A DNA stretch of 64,000 nt. Source: a virus. Numbering within the stretch: position 1 is the stretch's first letter; the number at the start of each line of letters is the position of its first letter. The position numbers and the translations under genes are program-made. Below the pieces are notes generated by a model. It made no database searches and was not told where the DNA came from. It worked only from the letters and a program-made list of their open reading frames with translations. The DNA lies in the IMG/VR virus record IMGVR_UViG_3300025132_000022, positions 57,519 to 121,518 of that record. The stretch is one strand, 5' to 3'. Below, in pieces: positions 18,141 to 26,799 of the stretch.

Positions 18141-18697
18141 CTCTTCCTGTTTGCAAAATCGTATGCCTTGAAGGCTTCATAGGGATCGACTTTTCTTTCG
18201 TCGTTAGGAGTCTTCTTCGCTTCTGGTGTTGATGGAATATCCAGGTCTGGTCTATCAGGTTTTTGTTCCTCAAGTCCACCAATCTTGAACTTCTGAACTG
18301 CAGTGACTAAAGTTCTAACCCTAGAGACAGGTTGAACAAGAACATTGACTTCTCCATCTTGCGATAGGGTCAAACTACTCTTGGTAAGTGCCCTGTACTC
18401 CTTTTTTATGAACGTCGCTACGTCAGAAATCATCGAAGATACATCATTCTCCAAGGTGCCACCATACACTTCCTTGAGTCTGACTTCGCTTGAATAGGTG
18501 ATGCAAATACAGTTTCCTGATTCAAACTTCACTCCGAAACCGTCCATAACTCTAGAGTCGATGAGTGGGTTCGTATCCTCATCGCCTTCCCTTTTCAACC
18601 CAATCTTCAAGGGTTCGTCATTTTCATCCAAGGCACCATCGTATTTCTTCGCCAGTACCTGCGAGATGCCGTTAATAATCTCAAGTGTTGTTGCCAT
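18137..18697 (-). CDS. Hypothetical protein upstream of terminase
   Basis: Likely start MATTLEIING at 18697 with an AAGGAG SD. The track's 18856 start overlaps the neighbour by 176 nt. Confidence 0.7.
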   Translation of the reverse strand: MATTLEIINGISQVLAKKYDGALDENDEPLKIGLKREGDEDTNPLIDSRVMDGFGVKFESGNCICITYSSEVRLKEVYGGTLENDVSSMISDVATFIKKEYRALTKSSLTLSQDGEVNVLVQPVSRVRTLVTAVQKFKIGGLEEQKPDRPDLDIPSTPEAKKTPNDERKVDPYEAFKAYDFANRKR

Positions 18698-19085
18698 TTG
18701 TTTGCTCCTTTGTTGGACGCCATCCGTTTTCCCACCTTTCTTCTCTGTCTTCGATCCACTGTACGTAACAACCAAAACAACATTCGTATCTCGCCATATA
18801 CAGATCGTCTTTTCCAGAGAAAGAGTAAGATCCACAAACTGGACATTCCCTTTCATTTTCTTTAGTAAGTAGTTTTTTGCTTATCAAAAAACCTTTGAAC
18901 TTTTCTTTAGAGTTTTTCGAGTTTTTTGCTGCCTGAAGTTTGTAAAACTCTTTTACCTCTTCAGCATGTTTTTTTTCCTTTTCTGGTGTCCAGTGCTTTT
19001 TGGGGTTCTCGATTGCCTCAGAACCCCAGCGTTGCACTATTGCCCTTTCAAGTTTCACAATAAAGTTCGGATCATCACTCTTCAT
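18681..19085 (-). CDS. Zinc-finger protein (CPVC...CCFGC)
   Basis: 134 aa with two Cys pairs and a Trp-rich C-terminus. Confidence 0.7.
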   Translation of the reverse strand: MKSDDPNFIVKLERAIVQRWGSEAIENPKKHWTPEKEKKHAEEVKEFYKLQAAKNSKNSKEKFKGFLISKKLLTKENERECPVCGSYSFSGKDDLYMARYECCFGCYVQWIEDREERWENGWRPTKEQTNGNNT

Positions 19086-19522
19086 CAGTTACCCAATACA
19101 GAAACTATCACTAAAACAGTGGTTGCTCCAACGACGAACCCACCTGCTGTAAACAGGTACCAATAATTGTTAGGCCGCTTCAGTGCGGCAAATTCCAACT
19201 GTTCAATCTGTTCTGTCTTTATTTGATCCATTGCGAGATACTCCGACTGGATTGACTCCAACCTTGTTTCCAACATCATGATGCTCAACTCATGCTTTGC
19301 GTTCAACTCTTCGGTCAACTTGTCTAGTTTGAGTTTACACCTTGCGCCTTCTTGCTCTTTATCTGCAATCATCTTTGCCATTGCAGGGTTAGTAAAACAC
19401 CAACCTGCAAAGGGGACAGAATCTCCTGAGTCTACCCTTAGTACGGGATTCGCATGTACTGTGCCAAAACTAATTAAGGTCAGAAAGATTAAAAAGTGTT
19501 TCAATCCTCTTCTCGACTGCAT
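19085..19522 (-). CDS. Exported coiled-coil protein with C-terminal membrane anchor (spanin-like partner)
   Basis: ATG at 19522 with an AAGGAG SD. Signal peptide ending 'TVHA', a coiled coil, and a hydrophobic C-terminal helix. It overlaps the upstream gene by 53 nt. Confidence 0.5.
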   Translation of the reverse strand: MQSRRGLKHFLIFLTLISFGTVHANPVLRVDSGDSVPFAGWCFTNPAMAKMIADKEQEGARCKLKLDKLTEELNAKHELSIMMLETRLESIQSEYLAMDQIKTEQIEQLEFAALKRPNNYWYLFTAGGFVVGATTVLVIVSVLGN

Positions 19523-19856
19523 CAGGATCTCCTTCCATTTCTTCAACAACTTGCTTTATTTTTTCTTTGTTCTTTTTTGTAAGTATAGCACTTTTTTCTG
19601 CATATTTTTCTTCTAAGTTTTTAATGGTCTCGTGATACTGCTTGACAAGCAAATCTCTTTTAGTTAACTCTTTTTTGTGGTTCTCTTTTAGAGTAACTAT
19701 TTGTTTATCATACGACTCTTTCTTCGCTGCCAGTACGTCGAGTGCTGCTTCTGCGTTCTTTCTAGACAACGCCCATACAACAATAGACCACACAACTAGA
19801 AAAGGAATCTTCCAGTTTTCCCTCAACCAGATCCATGCTAATTTTATGTGAAACAT
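19470..19856 (-). CDS. Type II membrane coiled-coil protein (i-spanin/Rz-like)
   Basis: N-terminal TM segment 'IPFLVVWSIVVWAL' followed by a long charged coiled coil. It follows the holin-like gene. Confidence 0.5.
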   Translation of the reverse strand: MFHIKLAWIWLRENWKIPFLVVWSIVVWALSRKNAEAALDVLAAKKESYDKQIVTLKENHKKELTKRDLLVKQYHETIKNLEEKYAEKSAILTKKNKEKIKQVVEEMEGDPDAVEKRIETLFNLSDLN

Positions 19857-19862
19857 TTTGGT

Positions 19863-20060
19863 TTACTTTTTTCCGTGCTTCCACTGAACCGCTAAATCAA
19901 CTAAAGCCTGAGAACCAATATAGGCAAGAGTCACCGCCACCCAATCACTTGAAGTTACCGTACCGTAAACACACAAACTAGTTGCCGTAATCCAGGCAAG
20001 GAACTTGCGAGATATGAATCGCTCTGTATATTTGTCAGCAAATGATTTTAGTGCTGTCAT
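19863..20060 (-). CDS. Putative holin
   Basis: About 65 aa from the ATG at 20060 (AAGGAGG SD), with the 'SRKF' motif, two TM helices and a basic C-terminus. Confidence 0.6.
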   Translation of the reverse strand: MTALKSFADKYTERFISRKFLAWITATSLCVYGTVTSSDWVAVTLAYIGSQALVDLAVQWKHGKK

Positions 20061-20073
20061 AATATTACCCTCC

Positions 20074-23000
20074 TTAGACGCTGACATGTGCGAAACCGTC
20101 TTTTTTGTCAATAACGATCTGCGTATCCACTGCGTCTTTAAGAGTATCTAGGTGTGAAATTAGTATAACAGTCTTAAAATATGACTTCACCATATCAATA
20201 ATTCTGACAAAACCTTCCATATTATCCTCGTCCAGCGCTGTACCTGGCTCGTCCAAAATGAAGATATCTGGTTTTGGAAGACTTGAAACCGACAGTAGCG
20301 ATAACCTTATTGCCATCGATGCAATTGTCTTTTCGGCACCCGAACCCATCTCTAGTGGTCTAGGTTCAAACTTGGGATGTTTAATGAAGATATCCAGTTT
20401 CTTGTCCTCGTTTAAAATAAACACCTCGAAGTCAACAATGCCTGTCAAAATCTTCGCAATCTCTTCATTTATCACTGGTAGTCTGTTCTTTATAACGTTG
20501 TATGAAATTCCATTAGTGTGAAAACAGGTCATAAACAATTCATATGCTGCATACTCTACTCTCAGAGACTCCAACTCTTCCTTGTCATCTTGAAGATTTT
20601 TTATCTGCTGCTCCACAGATCCAACCTCTCTGAACAGGTTGTTTGTTTGTTTCTTGCAGGATGCACAGTCCTTCTTGAGTTTGCCAGCGTCCTTCTCAAG
20701 GGAATTCATTTCGCTTATGAGTTCTTCCAGGTTCTCAATTGCTTCACGGTTATCATCGTACTGCTTCAGTTTCGAGTTCAGTTTCTCTATAATAGAATCC
20801 TGCACGGCGATGTCGCTCACGCCTTTGTCAATCTTCAGTTGAAGGTTAGTGACTTTTTCAGACAACTCTATTTTTTTATCCTTTACTTGTTGATATCTTT
20901 CCAGATAACTTGAAACTTTTATCTGCTCATCAGAACTATACTCTTCACCGATCATATTGATCTGCTTAGAGACGCTGCTCATGATAGATTGCCTGTCAGA
21001 TATTGCTTCTTCTACTATAGATGAACATTCCTCGCACAAACGATCTTGCTGAGACACCAGTAGAAATTTCTGCTCTGATGCTTTTTCAAGGTCTCTCAGT
21101 AGACCTTCTATCGCTTCTTCCCTCTTCGCAAAAGAATCCCTCTTGTCTCGATACTTTTCAATGTCAAACTCCGAAAGAAACTTTACAATCTTTTCATACC
21201 TATCTTTTGACTCTTCGATCTCTGTTCTGTTGTCAAGCAATACGCCCTTTAGGTTGCTTAACTTTTTAGTCGCAGTCTCTTTCTCCATATTGATGCGGAC
21301 GGGATCGATAATCTCTGTTGGAGCAGCGTCAACTTTACCCTTAATGGTAGCGACCCGCTTCTGAAGGTCCTGTACTTGCCCCTCCATTTGTTTGCATCTT
21401 TCTTGATTTTTCTTAAGTATCTCATTCTTTTCGACCAGAACGCTAGTTGCTTGTTCGATTTGCTGATCATAATCATTTCCCTCCAATCTCCTCAAAGCGC
21501 CTCGTATGTCGGCGGACTCATCTTTTGCCATTTTAAATTTTCTGTCGAACACTTCCAGGTCAAGAAACTTGGCAAGGATTTCTTTTCTCTTAGTTGATCC
21601 CTGATTTATAAATGTAAGAGAATCCAGTTGGGACGCCATTGATGTCATCAAGAAGTCGTCCAGGTTTCCAAAGTATTTCCTAATGTTGTTGTCAGTGTCT
21701 TGTCTGGATGTTCCATTTAAACTTTCAGTATTACCAATCGCGTCACTGGAGTAGAAGTTAACATCCGTCTTTGCTTCCTCTGTTTCCACACCTTTCAGTT
21801 TCTTGGTGTACTTCTCAGATATGCGCTCAATACTCAGTTCCTTGTCCGCAATCTTGATTGTTGCTTTGGCGGAACCTACATCCATGTTTTGATTAATCAT
21901 GTTTAAGTTTTTTCTGACTGACTTGGAAGTTGAATTGTACACTGCATACAACAAACTGTCAACAACGGAGGACTTACCCGAAAAGTTCTTTCCGAAGATT
22001 CCAACGATACCCTCCAGTTTTGTAAAGTCTATCTTGTTGTTAGATCCATAATTAAAGAGACCATCCCACTCTAGCGACTGCATACTCCAGTTTACATTCC
22101 TGTAAACTTCTTCAGAGTCCTCAATGGTCTTGTTTATTTTAGAGTTTAGGGACAGTACCTTTTCCATCACTTCCTCGGCGACTTCATAGTCCTCAAGGTA
22201 GTCCTTGATTAATCTATTTTGAACATTGATGTTCCTAAGATCTTCCTGTCGTACCGTGTCACTCTCTACGTCCAGTGCTTTACTAGATGCTCTATTTAAG
22301 TACGTTATGCTTTCTGGTTTGAATTTGAATTTAGCTATGTCAACGCTTCGGCGCATGACATCGAGCGAGATGTTCGAATCTGCAACCAACCTTAAACGTG
22401 CACCATCTGGAATCTCTGTGTCAGGTAAAGTCCCATCTTTGTTGAGGTTTATAGTAACAAAGGGTTGCGGGTTCTTGAATGTAATCAACTTACATGTAAA
22501 ATCGTCCTTACTGGCAATATCCCAAAGCAAATACCCCTTATCCAAGGACTCTCCAAAGTTCTGTTGTACAGTTGAACCAGCGTACCGAATGCGACCATGA
22601 GTATCTAAAATTTGCGTTTTGTGTATATCACCAAGGAAGGCAAAATCAAATTCATCAAAAATGCTGATGTCGTGATCTCCGCCCAGTGTCCAATTCAGAT
22701 CTGTTTTCGATTTATCGATAGCACCGTGATAGAGTGCAATGTTGACCGCGTGTTCATCTGTAGGGTCTGTCCAATTGTCTTCGTCAAATACAGATAAAAC
22801 ATTTAGGCAAAACCCGCCCTCTAAGCGATGTTCTCCAGCGTTCTTGAGTAAGACTATGCGATCATTGTCTAACGCCTTCACAATGGGCGATATCGCATCC
22901 TGACGACTATCATTTTTCAGATTGCCGTCGTGATTTCCCAGTATAATGTAAGTTGGTGCAATTTTGGCAAGTTGAGTGAAAAATTCTCTTGCCATGTCAA

Positions 23001-23169
23001 CAAACTCTGGAGATATCTGTGTCTTTGTGTGTGCGATGTCTCCGCAATGAATTATGTAATCTACCTTCTCCTCTTTTAGAGAAGCGTACAATTGCTTGAA
23101 GACTTCATTATATTCATAGTGAAACTTAAGGTTGCGGATATGCGTATCCGCGATGTGGGCAAACTTCAT
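20074..23169 (-). CDS. Fused Mre11/SbcD nuclease and Rad50/SbcC ATPase (T4 gp47-gp46-like) recombination protein
   Basis: N-terminal metallophosphoesterase motifs (DTH, GD, GNHD, H, GDIH). Walker A 'GKNFSGKSS', a coiled coil with central CEEC, signature 'GSGAEK', Walker B 'FILDEP' and H-loop 'ISH'. Confidence 0.92.
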   Translation of the reverse strand: MKFAHIADTHIRNLKFHYEYNEVFKQLYASLKEEKVDYIIHCGDIAHTKTQISPEFVDMAREFFTQLAKIAPTYIILGNHDGNLKNDSRQDAISPIVKALDNDRIVLLKNAGEHRLEGGFCLNVLSVFDEDNWTDPTDEHAVNIALYHGAIDKSKTDLNWTLGGDHDISIFDEFDFAFLGDIHKTQILDTHGRIRYAGSTVQQNFGESLDKGYLLWDIASKDDFTCKLITFKNPQPFVTINLNKDGTLPDTEIPDGARLRLVADSNISLDVMRRSVDIAKFKFKPESITYLNRASSKALDVESDTVRQEDLRNINVQNRLIKDYLEDYEVAEEVMEKVLSLNSKINKTIEDSEEVYRNVNWSMQSLEWDGLFNYGSNNKIDFTKLEGIVGIFGKNFSGKSSVVDSLLYAVYNSTSKSVRKNLNMINQNMDVGSAKATIKIADKELSIERISEKYTKKLKGVETEEAKTDVNFYSSDAIGNTESLNGTSRQDTDNNIRKYFGNLDDFLMTSMASQLDSLTFINQGSTKRKEILAKFLDLEVFDRKFKMAKDESADIRGALRRLEGNDYDQQIEQATSVLVEKNEILKKNQERCKQMEGQVQDLQKRVATIKGKVDAAPTEIIDPVRINMEKETATKKLSNLKGVLLDNRTEIEESKDRYEKIVKFLSEFDIEKYRDKRDSFAKREEAIEGLLRDLEKASEQKFLLVSQQDRLCEECSSIVEEAISDRQSIMSSVSKQINMIGEEYSSDEQIKVSSYLERYQQVKDKKIELSEKVTNLQLKIDKGVSDIAVQDSIIEKLNSKLKQYDDNREAIENLEELISEMNSLEKDAGKLKKDCASCKKQTNNLFREVGSVEQQIKNLQDDKEELESLRVEYAAYELFMTCFHTNGISYNVIKNRLPVINEEIAKILTGIVDFEVFILNEDKKLDIFIKHPKFEPRPLEMGSGAEKTIASMAIRLSLLSVSSLPKPDIFILDEPGTALDEDNMEGFVRIIDMVKSYFKTVILISHLDTLKDAVDTQIVIDKKDGFAHVSV

Positions 23170-23180
23170 CGAACCTCCGA

Positions 23181-23369
23181 TTAAATGTTTACGTTTTCGT
23201 TAATGTGGGTGAATAGTCTTTCTAGAAAGTTGATTTTCTGATTTTCGTTCAATGATTCGAACTGCTTGATGGTATCTTCTGCCATAGAAAATCCCTCACC
23301 GCTGGTGTCGAAGGACCTCTCGATCTCTTCACTAATTAATGATTTTAACTTCTTCTTATCAATAAGCAT
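23181..23369 (-). CDS. Small hypothetical protein
   Basis: ATG at 23369 with a GGAGG SD, N-terminal 'KLKSLISEEI', and an ACTACTTA motif at 23401-23408. Confidence 0.6.
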   Translation of the reverse strand: MLIDKKKLKSLISEEIERSFDTSGEGFSMAEDTIKQFESLNENQKINFLERLFTHINENVNI

Positions 23370-23373
23370 CTCT

Positions 23374-24300
23374 TTAACCTCCAAAGTCAAGTGTTTGTAA
23401 TAAGTAGTCCTCTCGTGTTATAAGAGAGGCACGTTTCTTATACTCGCTCAATAGATGATCTGGCACTTCTCCCAGATCAGGATAATCATATAGTTTAATT
23501 TTACATACTTTGACACCAAAGTCAAGTAAATTCTTGACTATTTTTAGTTCTTTTTGTTTGGCGTCCTGATCTAAGCAGATATATACTATCTTGCACTTTT
23601 CAACTATCTTCATAAAGAGTTTGCTCTTCATGTTTAGTGTTGATCCCAAGATCGGAATGCTGTTTTCGTACTTAAGAGAATCGAAAAAACCCTCAACAAG
23701 AACCACAGGTTTGGTCCAGTCGACAAATATGTCATTAAACACCACATCTCTAGAACACGGTGGATTCTTATATTTCATATAGCAGTTGCCGAAAGATCTT
23801 GCAATATAGTAATTCAACTCACCACTAGAATCAAAAGACGGAACTACAACCCTGTTCTTATACGGACCATGAAAGCAGAACCCCATCTTATAGAGAAGTA
23901 TGTCGGCGAAGGTTACACCCCTGTCTAAAAGGTATTTCTTTGCTTTCTTGCCGATAGAGGAAAGTTTCGCACTAGACAGAGATGTAAAATGCTCTGGAAG
24001 ATCTAAACTCTCCTTCATTACATACTTGTCTTTTTCCTTAAACAATTCATCAAATCTGGTTATCTCAACCTGATTTACGAGTGAGTTCCACCTGGACCTC
24101 AACTCCCTATCTCTTATGAGGGTTCCCAGATTATTTCCACGATAGTCACAGATCCAGCACTTAAACGCATTTTTGTTTATGTTGACTGACATTTTTCTTT
24201 TGTGATGATTGCACTTGGGACAATAGAACAACATCTCGTCGTTCGACTCGTAATAAGAACCAAGACTTTGTTTTATAATACTTAATTTTTCACTATACAA
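23374..24300 (-). CDS. DNA primase (zinc-binding domain plus TOPRIM)
   Basis: Zn ribbon 'CPKC...FKCWIC', 'YL..RG', 'RVVVP...YYIARS', and TOPRIM motifs 'LVEGFFD' and 'LDQDA'. Confidence 0.88.
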   Translation of the reverse strand: MYSEKLSIIKQSLGSYYESNDEMLFYCPKCNHHKRKMSVNINKNAFKCWICDYRGNNLGTLIRDRELRSRWNSLVNQVEITRFDELFKEKDKYVMKESLDLPEHFTSLSSAKLSSIGKKAKKYLLDRGVTFADILLYKMGFCFHGPYKNRVVVPSFDSSGELNYYIARSFGNCYMKYKNPPCSRDVVFNDIFVDWTKPVVLVEGFFDSLKYENSIPILGSTLNMKSKLFMKIVEKCKIVYICLDQDAKQKELKIVKNLLDFGVKVCKIKLYDYPDLGEVPDHLLSEYKKRASLITREDYLLQTLDFGG

Positions 24301-24806
24301 AGATTATAACCCGCTTTCGCTATTACCCAACTATCTGACTTGTCCATGATACCTGGTTTTACATTTCCATTCTTTGTATATTCTACTATGAAAGTGGGTT
24401 CATTTGCAACAACAAAATCAAAACTTTTTTGTTTTCCCTTTTCGCCTTTGGAAACCTTTATACCAACCTGCTTTCTGGCCGAGGTTGCTGCGAGCATCTC
24501 AGGCATACGATCAAACTCATTCCAGCACACCCAAGACACTATGCCATTGAATCTAGACAGTGTCGACAAGGTCTGTGCTGAAGAGAATCCAGAACGAAAA
24601 GATTGTAGTGACTGCTCTATGAAAATGTGTTCAAATTTGTACGGCAAGTCTTGCAACATCCTCTTTACGTAGTCTGCCTTGTGGTAGATTGTTGGGAAGT
24701 GATTTTTGTTCCTCGTGTCCCAATACTCGTTATACACGCATTTTCCACTCGCATCAAGAACAGTCACGCCTGTTATGCTTGTTGATACATCTAACCCTAG
24801 AATCAT
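24282..24806 (-). CDS. ruvC: RuvC-like Holliday junction resolvase
   Basis: Acidic catalytic pattern 'ILGLDVSTSITG', 'IFIEQ' and 'DKSDSWVIA'. Confidence 0.85.
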   Translation of the reverse strand: MILGLDVSTSITGVTVLDASGKCVYNEYWDTRNKNHFPTIYHKADYVKRMLQDLPYKFEHIFIEQSLQSFRSGFSSAQTLSTLSRFNGIVSWVCWNEFDRMPEMLAATSARKQVGIKVSKGEKGKQKSFDFVVANEPTFIVEYTKNGNVKPGIMDKSDSWVIAKAGYNLCIVKN

Positions 24807-25474
24807 TTATTGTCCAATAAAAAAGAGGCATATCCTTCGATTAGTTTCTTCTTTTCTGAGTCCTGGTCCATGTGATACCACTCCCATGCCACGCTTTTAG
24901 TCATGTTGTTTATGTTGTGTTGAATTTTTTGTATCTTCTTATCAATATCCTCAACACCAACAGGCACTTCGTCAGGTATCTCTATGTCTAGCATTGTCGC
25001 ATACTCAACTAATTTAAAATAATTCTCACTGTCCACTGCGGCGGTTACCTTTTGGAATATTTGTTTCTTCTCTTCGTCGTCGCCTATCTTGTCGGGGTGT
25101 GTCTTGCTTGCTATCTTCCTGTACAAACTCTTATATTCCTTTGGTAACAGTTTTTTAGGTTTTTCTTGTGGTGGGTCTATGATCTGTTCCTCGAAATCTG
25201 GTTGTACCTTGTTCTTGTTTTTCTTGTACTGCGCTTGTTGTTTCGCACGCTTGGCGGTCTTATTCATAGGTTTCTCATCTTCTCCAACCAGTCCTGCAAT
25301 TTTTTTGAGTTTATGTTTAACTGTTCTGTTATCAATTGATTCTATGTAATCCTTGAAGTATTTTGAAAATTGCTCCATTGCTTTTATGTTTATTATCTCA
25401 TGGATTTCCAATTTCTTCAAGGAAAATTTTAATTCATGAATTTTTAGTTCAAAGATTTGATTTTTGTTCTTCAC
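24803..25474 (-). CDS. J-domain (DnaJ-like) co-chaperone
   Basis: 'YKSLYRKIASKTHPDK...F..V..A' is J-domain helix II followed by the HPD motif. Confidence 0.82.
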   Translation of the reverse strand: MKNKNQIFELKIHELKFSLKKLEIHEIINIKAMEQFSKYFKDYIESIDNRTVKHKLKKIAGLVGEDEKPMNKTAKRAKQQAQYKKNKNKVQPDFEEQIIDPPQEKPKKLLPKEYKSLYRKIASKTHPDKIGDDEEKKQIFQKVTAAVDSENYFKLVEYATMLDIEIPDEVPVGVEDIDKKIQKIQHNINNMTKSVAWEWYHMDQDSEKKKLIEGYASFLLDNK

Positions 25475-26787
25475 TAGAAATCCAACTTTAATTTAAACGT
25501 GTAGTCCCTGTTTTCGGTTTTGCGGATTGGGTTTGCAAGTTTGGCAACGGCAATCAGTCTGCGCTGATCGTCATAGATTCCTATTTTCGAGACGTACACC
25601 TGCTTGTTGAAAGACCCAGTTGGATCTGGATATGGACTGTGTTGTAAATTTTCGAACATCAGATCATCAAATTCCTGATACTTGGTCGAACTTGTAATAG
25701 GTGATTTTGGCTGATTCCTCTTATATACAGTCGGGTTCGTAGAGTTGTTTAACTCTCCCTTTGGCATGTGCGCCATCATCGTTACTGTTGGTACAAAACT
25801 CACCCCTTTAAATTTCATCCTAAACATTGCATTCTGCAAGAGTCCACGAGACGGTCCATCGTCTTCGTTAGCACCTTCAGCAAAATCAATCCATCGCGGC
25901 CTTGACACTTGAGCGTTAAACGTTTCAGTCGCGTCTTGGGAGACGTCCCAACTTCCAGTGAGTGCAATAAATCCCTCATTGTACAGGACTGTTCCAACAA
26001 CCTTGTTGTTATGCTTTTTGGCGTTATATGTTCCAGATACTTGAATCAGTTCTCCATTCTTCTTTATGTCTCTTGCCTCTGCTGCAAGAGCACCTGTCAT
26101 AAAAATTTGTAAAACAACAGACCCCTTGTCGATACTAGATCCGTAAAATATGCTGGGTATTTCCACTAGAGACATTTCTTGCGTTGCTTTGTTCCAACCC
26201 TTGATACCCATATCATGAACGTCGTTGGATCTAGGATTAGTGGTATCATCAAAAGCAAAATGGTGACTGTGTCTTATGTTTTCGTTAAAGGTGTTCCTCA
26301 ATGCGATAATGAACTTCTTATTTCTAACAACCCTACTGTAACTTCCATGGAACCGTGAATCATCATTTCTTTCTTGTATTGAAGAAACGCCGCCATCTAG
26401 TCTCGTTCTCTTGATACTGGAAGAGAGAGGGTACTGTGATTTAATGACGTCTCCGAATTTAAACTGGTTGGATGAATCAAACTCACTTGTGCTGATTGTT
26501 TTGAATGCCGTGCGTGCACCATCCTTTGTTATAAACGGATATATGGAAGTGCCAGCGGGCGGTAAAGCGAGACCGCCATTGTTGATGGGTCTATCAACGT
26601 TCAATTCGAAAAGAGATATAAAACCCTGCGGGACTGCCAATAGGTTACCGTTTTCGGCCGCTCTGTCATCAGAATTTTTAAAATTATTGTAATATACCTT
26701 AGAGTCATAGATTATAAAATCTGATTCTGGAAAAGTCTTTACTTGATTGTATATTAAATCGTATTTACCAAATCTCTTAAACGGCAT
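25474..26787 (-). CDS. Baseplate/tail structural protein (tail-collar-like C-terminus)
   Basis: 'VG.V.YNEG', 'N.STNPT' and C-terminal 'YVSKIGIYD...LIAVAKLANPIRK.......KLKLDF'. Paralogue of 26800..28044. Confidence 0.65.
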   Translation of the reverse strand: MPFKRFGKYDLIYNQVKTFPESDFIIYDSKVYYNNFKNSDDRAAENGNLLAVPQGFISLFELNVDRPINNGGLALPPAGTSIYPFITKDGARTAFKTISTSEFDSSNQFKFGDVIKSQYPLSSSIKRTRLDGGVSSIQERNDDSRFHGSYSRVVRNKKFIIALRNTFNENIRHSHHFAFDDTTNPRSNDVHDMGIKGWNKATQEMSLVEIPSIFYGSSIDKGSVVLQIFMTGALAAEARDIKKNGELIQVSGTYNAKKHNNKVVGTVLYNEGFIALTGSWDVSQDATETFNAQVSRPRWIDFAEGANEDDGPSRGLLQNAMFRMKFKGVSFVPTVTMMAHMPKGELNNSTNPTVYKRNQPKSPITSSTKYQEFDDLMFENLQHSPYPDPTGSFNKQVYVSKIGIYDDQRRLIAVAKLANPIRKTENRDYTFKLKLDF

Positions 26788-26799
26788 AACACACCGCCC

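Noticed and set aside
18698-18856. N-terminal extension of the 18137 ORF given in the track (likewise the extended starts at 20111, 19549 and 23390)
   Set aside because: These extensions overlap upstream genes, while downstream ATGs have clear SD sequences.
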